DNA of 45,337 nucleotides from a virus (Duplodnaviria; Heunggongvirae; Uroviricota; Caudoviricetes): IMG/VR virus record IMGVR_UViG_2718217885_000006; one strand, 5' to 3'. Shown piece by piece: positions 8,230 to 16,297 of this stretch (position 1 is its first letter; each line of letters starts with the position of its first letter). The notes under the pieces were generated by a model. It saw only the letters and a program-made list of their open reading frames with translations, ran no database searches and was not told where the DNA came from. The position numbers and the translations under genes were made by a program.

Positions 8230-8622
8230 ATGGGAAGAAAAGCAAGGCATCTTGCAAATAAAGAAATCATTAAAGTATTGGCTGAACGCTATCCAGAAAG
8301 CTTCTTTGTTATTCCATACAAAGTGGTTCCGCTTGTTCACGATATCGTTCATGAGCTCTTTGCCGATCTCGGACATATACCTAAGGAATACAAAAACAGC
8401 CTTCGAAGAGCCATCTATCAGTACAAAAGCTCAGATTCATACCTTCAGTCAGTCGCGTTTGGAGAATATCGCCGCAATCTGGCGGGAAATCGTATTGTCA
8501 GAACATCCGTATCTGAACGCGAAGAAGCCAGAGCACAACTCAAAGAACGTGGTATCTGGACTCGTCGTATGGAGCTCTTGTTCAAAGTTAATATGGGTAG
8601 AAAAGAAGCGTCTAATCGCTGA
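8230..8622 (+). CDS. FinO/ProQ-domain RNA-binding protein
   Basis: 130 aa; aligns by eye with the N-terminal FinO-like domain of ProQ (KEIIKVLAERYPESFF ... LRRAIYQYKSSDSYLQSVAFGEYRRNLAGNRIV ... EEARAQLKE); GGAGA SD; AT-rich. Confidence 0.7.
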   Translation: MGRKARHLANKEIIKVLAERYPESFFVIPYKVVPLVHDIVHELFADLGHIPKEYKNSLRRAIYQYKSSDSYLQSVAFGEYRRNLAGNRIVRTSVSEREEARAQLKERGIWTRRMELLFKVNMGRKEASNR

Positions 8623-8725
8623 ATTTTATCAAAACATTGATTCCTTAATTTCGGAACGTTACACTGTTCAGGCACCTTATAAAACGGGTGCCGGGATTGG
8701 CGTCCTGAAATTCAATATAGAGCAT

Positions 8726-8747
8726 AACCGCGCTCATGCGGTTTTTT
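8726..8747 (+). terminator. intrinsic terminator-like hairpin downstream of FinO-domain gene
   Basis: Stem AACCGC/GCGGTT with 6-nt loop followed by TTTTTT. Confidence 0.5.
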
Positions 8748-8914
8748 CGTGTCATGAGCATTGCTACGCCCAAATTATGGTGGGGCGTGCAGGGGCATCG
8801 CAAGATGCGCCGGGTTCTATGTTGACCGGTTACGCCAACCCTGTACGTCTCACCACCTCTGTGATTGGCGTCCCATGTGGTGAGTTCTTTGAATTCAACA
8901 TAGGGGCTGTCACC

Positions 8915-9478
8915 ATGACTACTCTCCCAACCCTCTCTCAACCTGAAATTGCGATCGTTGATGGTCAGGCTGTTACATCTTCTTTGGCTGTTGCTGACTT
9001 CTTCTCTAAACGTCATGACGATGTTCTGAAAAAGATCCGCATTTTGGATTGTTCTCCAGAGTTTTGTGCCCGCAATTTTGCGGAGACATCAATTTTGGTA
9101 CACCAGCCCAACGGCGGTACTCGCAAACTTCCTTGCTACCACATCACCCGCGATGGCTTCGCGTTCCTGGCAATGGGCTTTACTGGCAAACGTGCAGCCC
9201 GGTTCAAAGAGGCATACATCAACGCCTTTAACCAGATGGAGAAGAATTTATCTGGTGCTGACGCGGTTGATATGTCAGCTGTTGCACGAAACGCCAGAGG
9301 CGTATACCTGCATTTGCGTGAAATCCATCAAATCTGGAAAAGCCAGCTTTACCCCATGCTTAAGGCCGTTGAATCTCCGCTGGCGAGCAAGCTGTATGAC
9401 CGTGTAGGAGATGCTGTTTTTGGCGCTGCACTTGTTGATTCCAGACTTAATGGTTCTGACAAGGAGGCGCACCCATGA
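8915..9478 (+). CDS. phage regulatory protein Rha
   Basis: Start at internal ATG (MTTLPTL...) of the 500-aa track ORF; canonical Rha N-terminal signature IAIVDGQAVTSSLAVADFFSKRHDDVLKKI; AGGGG SD 8 nt upstream. Confidence 0.7.
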   Translation: MTTLPTLSQPEIAIVDGQAVTSSLAVADFFSKRHDDVLKKIRILDCSPEFCARNFAETSILVHQPNGGTRKLPCYHITRDGFAFLAMGFTGKRAARFKEAYINAFNQMEKNLSGADAVDMSAVARNARGVYLHLREIHQIWKSQLYPMLKAVESPLASKLYDRVGDAVFGAALVDSRLNGSDKEAHP

Positions 9479-9699
9479 TTCGCCGCATCGTTAATTCCCT
9501 GTATCACCGATACAACCGTTGCCCCCGTGTGGGGCAGTGGTTCGCCACCAGCAACGGTCACGTTCTGCGGGTTTGCCTAGTCAACGCTGAAAGCCAGAAA
9601 GTCGTGTGCGAACTACAGGGGCGTAGCTACACCATCAGTTACCCGCTGGCGGTATTTCTGTCTGGAAAAATGTTTAAGCGTCTGGGAGGTGCCGTGTGA
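9475..9699 (+). CDS. hypothetical protein (74 aa)
   Basis: ATG overlaps the Rha stop (ATGA); its stop overlaps the GTG start of the O-like gene (GTGA); translationally coupled small early gene. Confidence 0.45.
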   Translation: MIRRIVNSLYHRYNRCPRVGQWFATSNGHVLRVCLVNAESQKVVCELQGRSYTISYPLAVFLSGKMFKRLGGAV

Positions 9700-10688
9700 G
9701 CCGTTACGCTCCTACACCTGAAGTTATGGCTATTGGCCAACTCAATATTTCTGGCAATGTCACACCAGCGAACTGGTGGAAACATATTCGGCTACCAAGT
9801 GGTCGTCCGGATGCGACTGCCATTGCGCTGCTTTCAGAGATTGTTTACTGGTACCGCCCGACAGAAGTCAGGGATGAGCATACCGGGGCTTTACTGGGAT
9901 ATCGCAAGCGTTTTCAGGGTGACAAGCTGCAAAGAAGCTATCAGGCGTTTGCTGAACAGTTTGGCTTTGGGAAAAGGGAAACCGCAGATGCGCTGAAGCG
10001 TCTTCGTGATGCTGGGTTTATTACTCTGGATTTACGTACGGTGGAAATGCTAGACGGGGTGAAATGCAGCAATATTTTGTTTGTCGGGATCAACCCACAG
10101 GCAATTGCTGCCATCACCACACCTTCTTCTGTTTCGCCAGAAAGTAACAGCAATAACTCAATCAGCGATACAGCTATTACGTTAAAACGGAACACCCCCC
10201 AACGTCATAACGGAACAGGGGATACGCCGAATGTTGATACAAATACAGAGATTACTACAGAGATTACAACGGAGACTAAAAACACTATTGGCGCATCCGC
10301 TGACGCGTCTGCACCAGCGCGTTCTGCCCGACAGGAATATTCACCGGAATTTGAACAGGCCTGGCAGGAATATCCCAAACGTGCTGGTGGCAATTCCAAG
10401 TCAGCAGCCTTCAAAGCCTGGAAAGCCCGTATCAGGGAGGGAATAAAACCGGAGACCATGCTTGATGGTGTGAAGCGGTATTCCGCCTGGGTACGCGCTA
10501 CAGGAAATACCGGCACACAGTTCGTGAAGCAGGCAGCGACGTTCTTTGGCCCCGATCGTCACTTCGAAGAATTCTGGCAACAGCCAGCCGCTCCCGGAGG
10601 TGGGCGACAGCGACAGGTCGATGTCCTGTCTGGCCTTGGTGCCATGTCTGACAAATTCGGTAAATCCAGTGACAAATTGACATTCTGA
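9696..10688 (+). CDS. replication initiator (lambda O-like replisome organiser)
   Basis: 330 aa; GTG start with GGAGGT SD; precedes the DnaC-like and DnaB-like genes; contains in-gene direct repeats like the ori-within-O arrangement of lambda. Confidence 0.65.
   Translation: MSRYAPTPEVMAIGQLNISGNVTPANWWKHIRLPSGRPDATAIALLSEIVYWYRPTEVRDEHTGALLGYRKRFQGDKLQRSYQAFAEQFGFGKRETADALKRLRDAGFITLDLRTVEMLDGVKCSNILFVGINPQAIAAITTPSSVSPESNSNNSISDTAITLKRNTPQRHNGTGDTPNVDTNTEITTEITTETKNTIGASADASAPARSARQEYSPEFEQAWQEYPKRAGGNSKSAAFKAWKARIREGIKPETMLDGVKRYSAWVRATGNTGTQFVKQAATFFGPDRHFEEFWQQPAAPGGGRQRQVDVLSGLGAMSDKFGKSSDKLTF
10245..10280. repeat. tandem 12-bp direct repeats (candidate ori iterons) inside the O-like gene
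   Basis: ACAGAGATTACT / ACAGAGATTACA / ACGGAGACTAAA, followed by A-rich sequence; encodes TEITTEITTETK. Confidence 0.35.
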
Positions 10689-10698
10689 GGTGACAGCG

Positions 10699-11577
10699 AT
10701 GATGACGTTTAACCTGCGTGAACAACAAACAAGACTACAGGCGCGAATGGATGAGTTACGGGCAGAGATTGCATTTGCTCAGAAGGGCGAAAAACCATGG
10801 CCTTATCGTTCCTGCCTGATGCGTGAAGGTCGCGGGTATTGCGAAAAACACGGTAAATACCATACGCATATACTGGTGTGGAGCGATCGCAATGGCGAGG
10901 ACAGAGAAAAAATTTCATGCTGCCCTGACTGCTTGATCGCTGAGGCCAACGATTTGACCATGGAGCTGTCGTCCCTCAAGGCGGAAGAGCTGACTGATAA
11001 CGCCGGAATTGCCCTGCGTTTTCGGGACTGTGAGTTTGATAACTATCTGGAGGTTAATCCTGACGCAGCCAGAAATCTTGCAGCCTGTCGCCGCTATGCG
11101 GAGAACTGGCCAGATATGCTGGAGAACGGCACCAGTCTTGTTATGACTGGCAGTTGCGGTACCGGGAAAAATCATCTGGCGGTATCAATGGCAAAACACA
11201 TCATCCGTAATCATCTGGCCAGCGTGGAGATCACCGACGTGATGCGCCTTACCCGTGCTGTGAAAAACTGCTGGCGGAATGACAGCGAAAAAACAGCGGA
11301 TGAAGTTATTGAGCATTATGCGTCAATGGATTTGCTGATCATCGACGAAGTTGGTGTTCAGTTTGGCAGCGCGGCTGAAATGGCTATTTTGCAGGAAATT
11401 ATCAATGCCCGGTACGAAAGCATCCTGCCCACCATCCTGATCAGCAACCTTTCACCGGAAGAGTTGTGGGCGTTCATCAGCCCCCGCATTGCCGACAGGA
11501 TCACAGACGGGGGACGCAACTGGTTGTCGTTTAACTGGCCCAGCTATCGTGCGCATATTGGAGGTGTGGCTGCATGA
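10699..11577 (+). CDS. DnaC-like helicase loader (AAA+ ATPase)
   Basis: Walker A GSCGTGKNHLAVSMA, Walker B LLIIDEVG; N-terminal Cys-rich segment; ATG with GAGGTG SD (an in-frame GTG at 10690 is the alternative start). Confidence 0.8.
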   Translation: MMTFNLREQQTRLQARMDELRAEIAFAQKGEKPWPYRSCLMREGRGYCEKHGKYHTHILVWSDRNGEDREKISCCPDCLIAEANDLTMELSSLKAEELTDNAGIALRFRDCEFDNYLEVNPDAARNLAACRRYAENWPDMLENGTSLVMTGSCGTGKNHLAVSMAKHIIRNHLASVEITDVMRLTRAVKNCWRNDSEKTADEVIEHYASMDLLIIDEVGVQFGSAAEMAILQEIINARYESILPTILISNLSPEELWAFISPRIADRITDGGRNWLSFNWPSYRAHIGGVAA

Positions 11578-12965
11578 CCACTCCAGTATGGCGTAACGAT
11601 GATCTGGAAGGCGCTGTCATTGGCGCGTTTTTTCTGCGTGGGGCAGATCATGAAGTGATGGATATTCTGGCCACACTGCCAGCGGACGTTTTTTCTGTAC
11701 GAGCGTATAGGGATATCTACACAGGCATCTGCCGACAGGCTCGTGTTTCAGGTGTGATTGATCCTGTGCTGCTGTGTAATGAAATGCCGGAACTTGCTCC
11801 GGTGATTACTGATACCGGGCGTAAAAGCTGGGTGAAGTCGTCACTGGAGCACTATGTTGCAGCGTTGCGTCGCAATGCCGCACTGCGTGATGCAGAAAAG
11901 ACGCTGAATGAGGCGTTGCAGAAATTACGTGATGCGCATACCTGTGAAGCAGCTGAAGATGCCCTGAAGGATGCGCAGAACATGATGGCCTCATTGTCGA
12001 TGGAAAAAGGCGCAATTCAGCCGGTACATATTGATGATGTGCTTCCGGAAGTGGTTGACCGTGTTGAATGCCGGAATCAGGGGCTGGAGAAATCCAGGAC
12101 GTTGATGACCGGTATTGATGAACTGGACGCAAAAACAGGCGGCATGGAGCCCGGCGACCTGGTATTTATTGCGGCTCGTCCGTCAATGGGCAAAACCGAA
12201 CTGGCGCTGGATATCATCGACAAAGTGACTGAACAGGGGCGCGGTGTTCTTCTGTTCACAATGGAAATGGCGAACATTCAGATCGGTGAACGCATGGTGT
12301 CTGCTGCCGGAGGAATGCCTGTATCGCGCCTGAAATCTGTCTCTCACTTTGGTGACGAAGACTGGGCGCGTTTCATTAAGGGTGTGGAGCTGATGACCGG
12401 ACGCAATATCTGGATGGTGGACCAGGCGAACCTGACCATTGACGAGATATGCGTAACAACGAAACACCATTTGATTAAACATCCGGAAACGGCACTGGTG
12501 GTGGTTGATTATCTCGGGCTGATAAAAACCCGAACCACGGGGCGTCATGACCTTGCCGTGGGTGAAATCTCAAAGGGGCTTAAAGGCCTGGCAAAATCCG
12601 GCGGATTACCGGTGGTTGCGCTGAGCCAGCTTTCCCGTGGTGTGGAGTCCAGGCCCAATAAACGCCCTATGAACTCAGACCTGAAAAACTCCGGAGAAAT
12701 AGAGGCGGATGCAGACATCATTCTGATGCTTTACAGGGATGAAGTGTACAACCCGGATACGCAGGCCAGAGGCATTGCAGAAATCAATATCACGAAACAA
12801 CGTAACGGTTCTCTGGGGACGATTTACCGACGTTTTTATAACGGACATTTTCTGCCTGTAGACCAGGAAAGCGCGCAGGTTCTTTCCACATCAATGCAGC
12901 CGTCCAGACCGCGCAGATACAGTAACAAACGAACTGACAGCAGTAAGATGGAGCGTTTCTTTTGA
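11574..12965 (+). CDS. replicative DNA helicase (DnaB family)
   Basis: 463 aa; Walker A ARPSMGKTELALDI; DnaB-like C-terminal RecA fold motifs (ALSQLSRGVESR); ATGA overlap with the DnaC-like gene. Confidence 0.9.
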   Translation: MTTPVWRNDDLEGAVIGAFFLRGADHEVMDILATLPADVFSVRAYRDIYTGICRQARVSGVIDPVLLCNEMPELAPVITDTGRKSWVKSSLEHYVAALRRNAALRDAEKTLNEALQKLRDAHTCEAAEDALKDAQNMMASLSMEKGAIQPVHIDDVLPEVVDRVECRNQGLEKSRTLMTGIDELDAKTGGMEPGDLVFIAARPSMGKTELALDIIDKVTEQGRGVLLFTMEMANIQIGERMVSAAGGMPVSRLKSVSHFGDEDWARFIKGVELMTGRNIWMVDQANLTIDEICVTTKHHLIKHPETALVVVDYLGLIKTRTTGRHDLAVGEISKGLKGLAKSGGLPVVALSQLSRGVESRPNKRPMNSDLKNSGEIEADADIILMLYRDEVYNPDTQARGIAEINITKQRNGSLGTIYRRFYNGHFLPVDQESAQVLSTSMQPSRPRRYSNKRTDSSKMERFF

Positions 12966-12976
12966 ACAACCAGACA

Positions 12977-13220
12977 ATGACTTTTACCCCTGAACAACTA
13001 CGTAAACAGGCACAGGAAATGTTGCGACAGGCGGAACAACTGGAAAAAAACAGGTGTAACAAAAGATGCCATTCGTAAGGATATGGTGCCAGCGCTCAGG
13101 GAACTGATGCAGGCGAAACACCGCGCACAAAAAGCAGTGGATGAGCTGGTGGATTGTGTGGCAGAGCTGGAAACCAAAGTTGGAAAGTTTGAAAAACTGG
13201 TGCAGGAGGTGCTGCGCTGA
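12977..13220 (+). pseudogene. small coiled-coil protein gene split by a frameshift at an A7 tract
   Basis: Frame A (ATG 12977) stops after 33 codons; the frame shifted by one nucleotide continues from the A7 run (13044-13050) to a stop that overlaps the rusA ATG (TGATG). Confidence 0.35.
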
Positions 13221-13579
13221 TGCGCCATGAGTTTATTTTACCTTATCCGCCGACGGTAAATACTTACTGGCGACGTCGTGGCAACACATATTTTGTATCA
13301 AAAGTCGATGAGCGTTATCGCCGTGATGTGGCGCTAATTGTTCGCCAGCAGCGGTTGAAATTAAACCTGTCCGGAAGGCTGGCGATAAAGATTATTGCAG
13401 AGCCACCGGATAAGCGCCGTCGTGACCTGGACAATATCCTGAAAGCACCACTGGATGCACTGACACATGCGGGATTGCTTATCGACGACGAGCAGTTTGA
13501 TGAAATCAATATTGTGCGCGGTCAGCTCGTTCCTGGTGGGCGGCTGGGCGTGAAGATTTACAAAATTGAAAGTGAGTGA
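13220..13579 (+). CDS. rusA: Holliday junction resolvase RusA
   Basis: 119 aa; RusA family features (YPPTVNTYW, RRDLDNILKAPLDAL, LIDDEQ) as recalled. Confidence 0.85.
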   Translation: MRHEFILPYPPTVNTYWRRRGNTYFVSKVDERYRRDVALIVRQQRLKLNLSGRLAIKIIAEPPDKRRRDLDNILKAPLDALTHAGLLIDDEQFDEINIVRGQLVPGGRLGVKIYKIESE

Positions 13580-14124
13580 GCGTAAATATGATATACCCGG
13601 AAATTACAGGCAAAAGCGGTGAGCATTTACGCCTGAAAACTCTGGAAAGTGTCTGGCTCCAGGGGAAACTGCGTATGTGGGGGCGTTGGTCGTATATAGG
13701 TGGTGGCAAAACAGGAAATATGTTCAATCAGTTGCTGGCATCCAAAAAACTGACAAAAACCGCGATCAATGAAGCCATGCGCAAAATCAGGGAATCAGGG
13801 ATTGATAAACCTGAACTGGAAGCATTCTTGCGTGAGATGATCGAAGGAAAGCAAAAAAGCTGGTTAACTCACTGCACTGATGCAGAGGCACTAAAAATTG
13901 ATAGTGTTATAGGTGAAGTTCTGGCGGATCATCCAGGACTACTAAATGTCCTGAGTCAGCGTTATGTGGGGCGAGGGATGAGTAAGAGAAGGATGGCCGA
14001 GTTATTAAACGAACAGTACCCAGAGTGGGCGTTGATTACATGCCGACGTCGTGTTGATCAGTGGTTGCGTGTTGCTGAGTTCATTTTGTACTCACCTATG
14101 AGAGAAGCGTTCGATTATACTTAA
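13576..14124 (+). CDS. Q: late antitermination protein Q
   Basis: 182 aa immediately upstream of a strong intrinsic terminator; resembles Q proteins of lambdoid prophages (LRMWGRWSYIGGG ... TCRRRVDQ) by recollection; start may be GTG 13576 or ATG 13588. Confidence 0.7.
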   Translation: MSVNMIYPEITGKSGEHLRLKTLESVWLQGKLRMWGRWSYIGGGKTGNMFNQLLASKKLTKTAINEAMRKIRESGIDKPELEAFLREMIEGKQKSWLTHCTDAEALKIDSVIGEVLADHPGLLNVLSQRYVGRGMSKRRMAELLNEQYPEWALITCRRRVDQWLRVAEFILYSPMREAFDYT

Positions 14125-14218
14125 AAAATCATTGCAAAATGAGCCACAAACTGCTTCAATTCCGGTACGCTCCGCATAGCTGTATCGCGAGGCGAATCAA
14201 GCGCATGAACTTTGATAC
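14125..14218 (+). promoter_or_regulatory. candidate late promoter pR' / qut region
   Basis: Non-coding interval between Q and the tR'-like terminator; position only, no promoter hexamers confidently assigned. Confidence 0.35.
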
Positions 14219-14242
14219 AACCCGCCATTGAGCGGGTTTTTT
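14219..14242 (+). terminator. intrinsic terminator (tR'-like)
   Basis: Stem AACCCGC/GCGGGTT, 6-nt loop, followed by TTTTTT. Confidence 0.55.
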
Positions 14243-14364
14243 ATGTCCGAAAAACGGCAGAGAACATAAAACGTGCTGGTGGTTGCGAATACTGGTCTTT
14301 CGGCTTGTATTTTTGTAAATCGATATATACTTATCTTGTGACCAGTAATGTCAGGGCAATTGAT

Positions 14365-15108
14365 ATGAATGAAGCCTGTTCTGTTGTTTTTGTTCATTCC
14401 CCGTTTGTTGTGCTCTTTGAAGGAAAAGAGCTCTCTCTTGAAAGTGGTAGTGCACTTCTTGTCAGGGGGGGAGCTGGATCGTTATTGCCCTTTTCGGAAT
14501 GTTTTCGGCGAATAAGTCTCAGTGAATCGACAATTAGCCGTTACCTGTTGTGTGGAGACGAAAAACAGGATGTAGTTTTAGTCCGGCAAATACCACGATA
14601 TCTTTGCGTGAGTTTTCCCAAGGCAGAATTGATGGGCATCCTGATTGATTATCTTTGTGAGGAAAAGATTCATACGGACAATTTAGCGGAAATGCTTTCC
14701 TTTTCGTGTCTGGCGTTTTTCTCATCAGAGAAAATGTTTTCGTCGTTTCTGACCGCGTGTATTAGCAATATTAGTGACAGGCTTAGTGCATTGTTTCGCA
14801 CGGACATTGCAGCAAACTGGACTCTGAGAGATGTGTCTTCGCGGTTATGTATCAGTGAAAGTTTGTTAAAAAAAAGACTGAAAGAAGAAGGCACCTGTTT
14901 CAGTGAGTTGTTGCTTACAGAGAGAATGAGAATGGCAGCAATGCTGTTGAATCAATCTCGTTGCGCCATCAACAGAATCGCTGCCCAGTGCGGCTATAAT
15001 TTTACATCTTATTTTATCAGCGTATTCAGGAGTTATTTTGGTGTTACACCGGCAGGTTACAGGATGGCTGCATTCAATGAGATGAGTTTAAGTGTTACTC
15101 AAGAATAA
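14365..15108 (+). CDS. AraC-family transcriptional regulator (moron)
   Basis: C-terminal AraC-type double HTH (WTLRDVSSRLCISESLLKKRLKEEG ... INRIAAQCGYNFTSYFISVFRSYFGVTPAGYR); AT-rich; sits between the tR'-like terminator and another terminator-like hairpin near 15132-15158. Confidence 0.8.
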   Translation: MNEACSVVFVHSPFVVLFEGKELSLESGSALLVRGGAGSLLPFSECFRRISLSESTISRYLLCGDEKQDVVLVRQIPRYLCVSFPKAELMGILIDYLCEEKIHTDNLAEMLSFSCLAFFSSEKMFSSFLTACISNISDRLSALFRTDIAANWTLRDVSSRLCISESLLKKRLKEEGTCFSELLLTERMRMAAMLLNQSRCAINRIAAQCGYNFTSYFISVFRSYFGVTPAGYRMAAFNEMSLSVTQE

Positions 15109-15187
15109 TTGAATTTTGCACTCATTGAAAACAGGCTCGCTGCGGCGGGCCTTTTTCATATCCGCGCCACGCCCGGCGCATATCAAA

Positions 15188-15195
15188 AACCACAG
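15188..15195. repeat. target-site duplication (left copy) of IS66-family element
   Basis: AACCACAG immediately outside the left inverted repeat; identical 8-mer at 17900-17907. Confidence 0.8.
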
Positions 15196-15280
15196 GTAAG
15201 CGCATCATTTAAACCGTCTTTCGCCTCCCTTTCCTGTTTCCGATACTAATGTCCATTTTCGCAGTAAAAGGACATTTAAG

Positions 15281-15931
15281 ATGAATGCACGAAAGGCGGT
15301 ATTGGCAGATAATCCGGAATTGATCCTGCGTGTGCTACAGCTGAGATTTGACGAGTCACTGTCGTACCCGCGCATTTCTGCGCAGACTGGTGTCAGCAAA
15401 ACCGCCATTTTTTCTCTGGTGAGGCGATTTCACCAGGTATTCACTGACTGGCCCCTTTCCGGTGAATATTCCTGCGGGCAACTGGCCCGGGCTCTTTTCC
15501 CGGGGCGATATCCTTCAACCCCGACCGTGACTCAGCCTGTGAAAGCAGAGAAACCCCGCCGGAACCGATTTTCACCGGAGTTTAAATGGAGACTTGTTCA
15601 GCGGACTCTTTTACCCGGTGCCTGTGTCGCACAAATAGCTCGTGAGAACGGAATCAACGATAACCTGCTCTTTAACTGGCGGCATCTCTGGCGTAACGGC
15701 GGCCTGCAGCCGCCCGGCGAACATGAAACATCGCTACTTCCCGTGACGTTAACTCCGGAGCCGGATAATAAAATCCCGGCACCAGTGCAGATACCTGAAC
15801 AGATAAATACACTGCCAGACAGTCTGTGCTGCGAGCTGGTTCTGCCGGCCGGAACTCTCAGGCTGAAAGGTGAACTGACACCGGCGTTATTACAGACACT
15901 TATCCGCGAAATGAAAGGGAGCAGCCACTGA
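15281..15931 (+). CDS. IS66-family TnpA (orf1, HTH protein)
   Basis: 216 aa first ORF of the element; one-nt overlap with the next ORF. Confidence 0.8.
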   Translation: MNARKAVLADNPELILRVLQLRFDESLSYPRISAQTGVSKTAIFSLVRRFHQVFTDWPLSGEYSCGQLARALFPGRYPSTPTVTQPVKAEKPRRNRFSPEFKWRLVQRTLLPGACVAQIARENGINDNLLFNWRHLWRNGGLQPPGEHETSLLPVTLTPEPDNKIPAPVQIPEQINTLPDSLCCELVLPAGTLRLKGELTPALLQTLIREMKGSSH

Positions 15932-16278
15932 TGATATCTCTCCCTGCCGGTTCACGTATCTGGCTGGTTGCCGGTATCACCGACATGCGAAATGGTTTTA
16001 ACGGCCTGGCATCAAAAGTTCAGAACGTCCTGAAGGATGACCCGTTCTCCGGGCATCTGTTCATCTTCCGCGGACGCCGGGGTGACCAGATAAAAGTGTT
16101 GTGGGCTGACAGCGACGGACTGTGCCTCTTCACCAAACGCCTGGAGCGGGGCCGCTTCGTCTGGCCGGTCACCCGCGATGGAAAGGTTCACCTTACTCCG
16201 GCTCAGTTGTCCATGCTTCTTGAGGGCATCAACTGGAAGCACCCGAAACGAACGGAACGCGCTGGAATCCGCATATAA
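15931..16278 (+). CDS. IS66-family TnpB (orf2)
   Basis: 115 aa; typical small second ORF of IS66 elements. Confidence 0.8.
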   Translation: MISLPAGSRIWLVAGITDMRNGFNGLASKVQNVLKDDPFSGHLFIFRGRRGDQIKVLWADSDGLCLFTKRLERGRFVWPVTRDGKVHLTPAQLSMLLEGINWKHPKRTERAGIRI

Positions 16279-16297
16279 CCCGATGTAAAGTGAGGAT

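Noticed and set aside
7976-8914. Upstream 313 codons of the 500-aa plus-strand track ORF
   Set aside because: This frame overlaps two better-supported genes in another frame (57-aa ORF and the FinO-domain gene) and crosses an intrinsic terminator; the Rha domain begins only at the internal ATG at 8915.
12998-13228. 76-aa minus-strand ORF opposite the frameshifted small gene
   Set aside because: Ser/Thr/Cys-rich low-complexity product antisense to a plus-strand frame that is translationally coupled to rusA.
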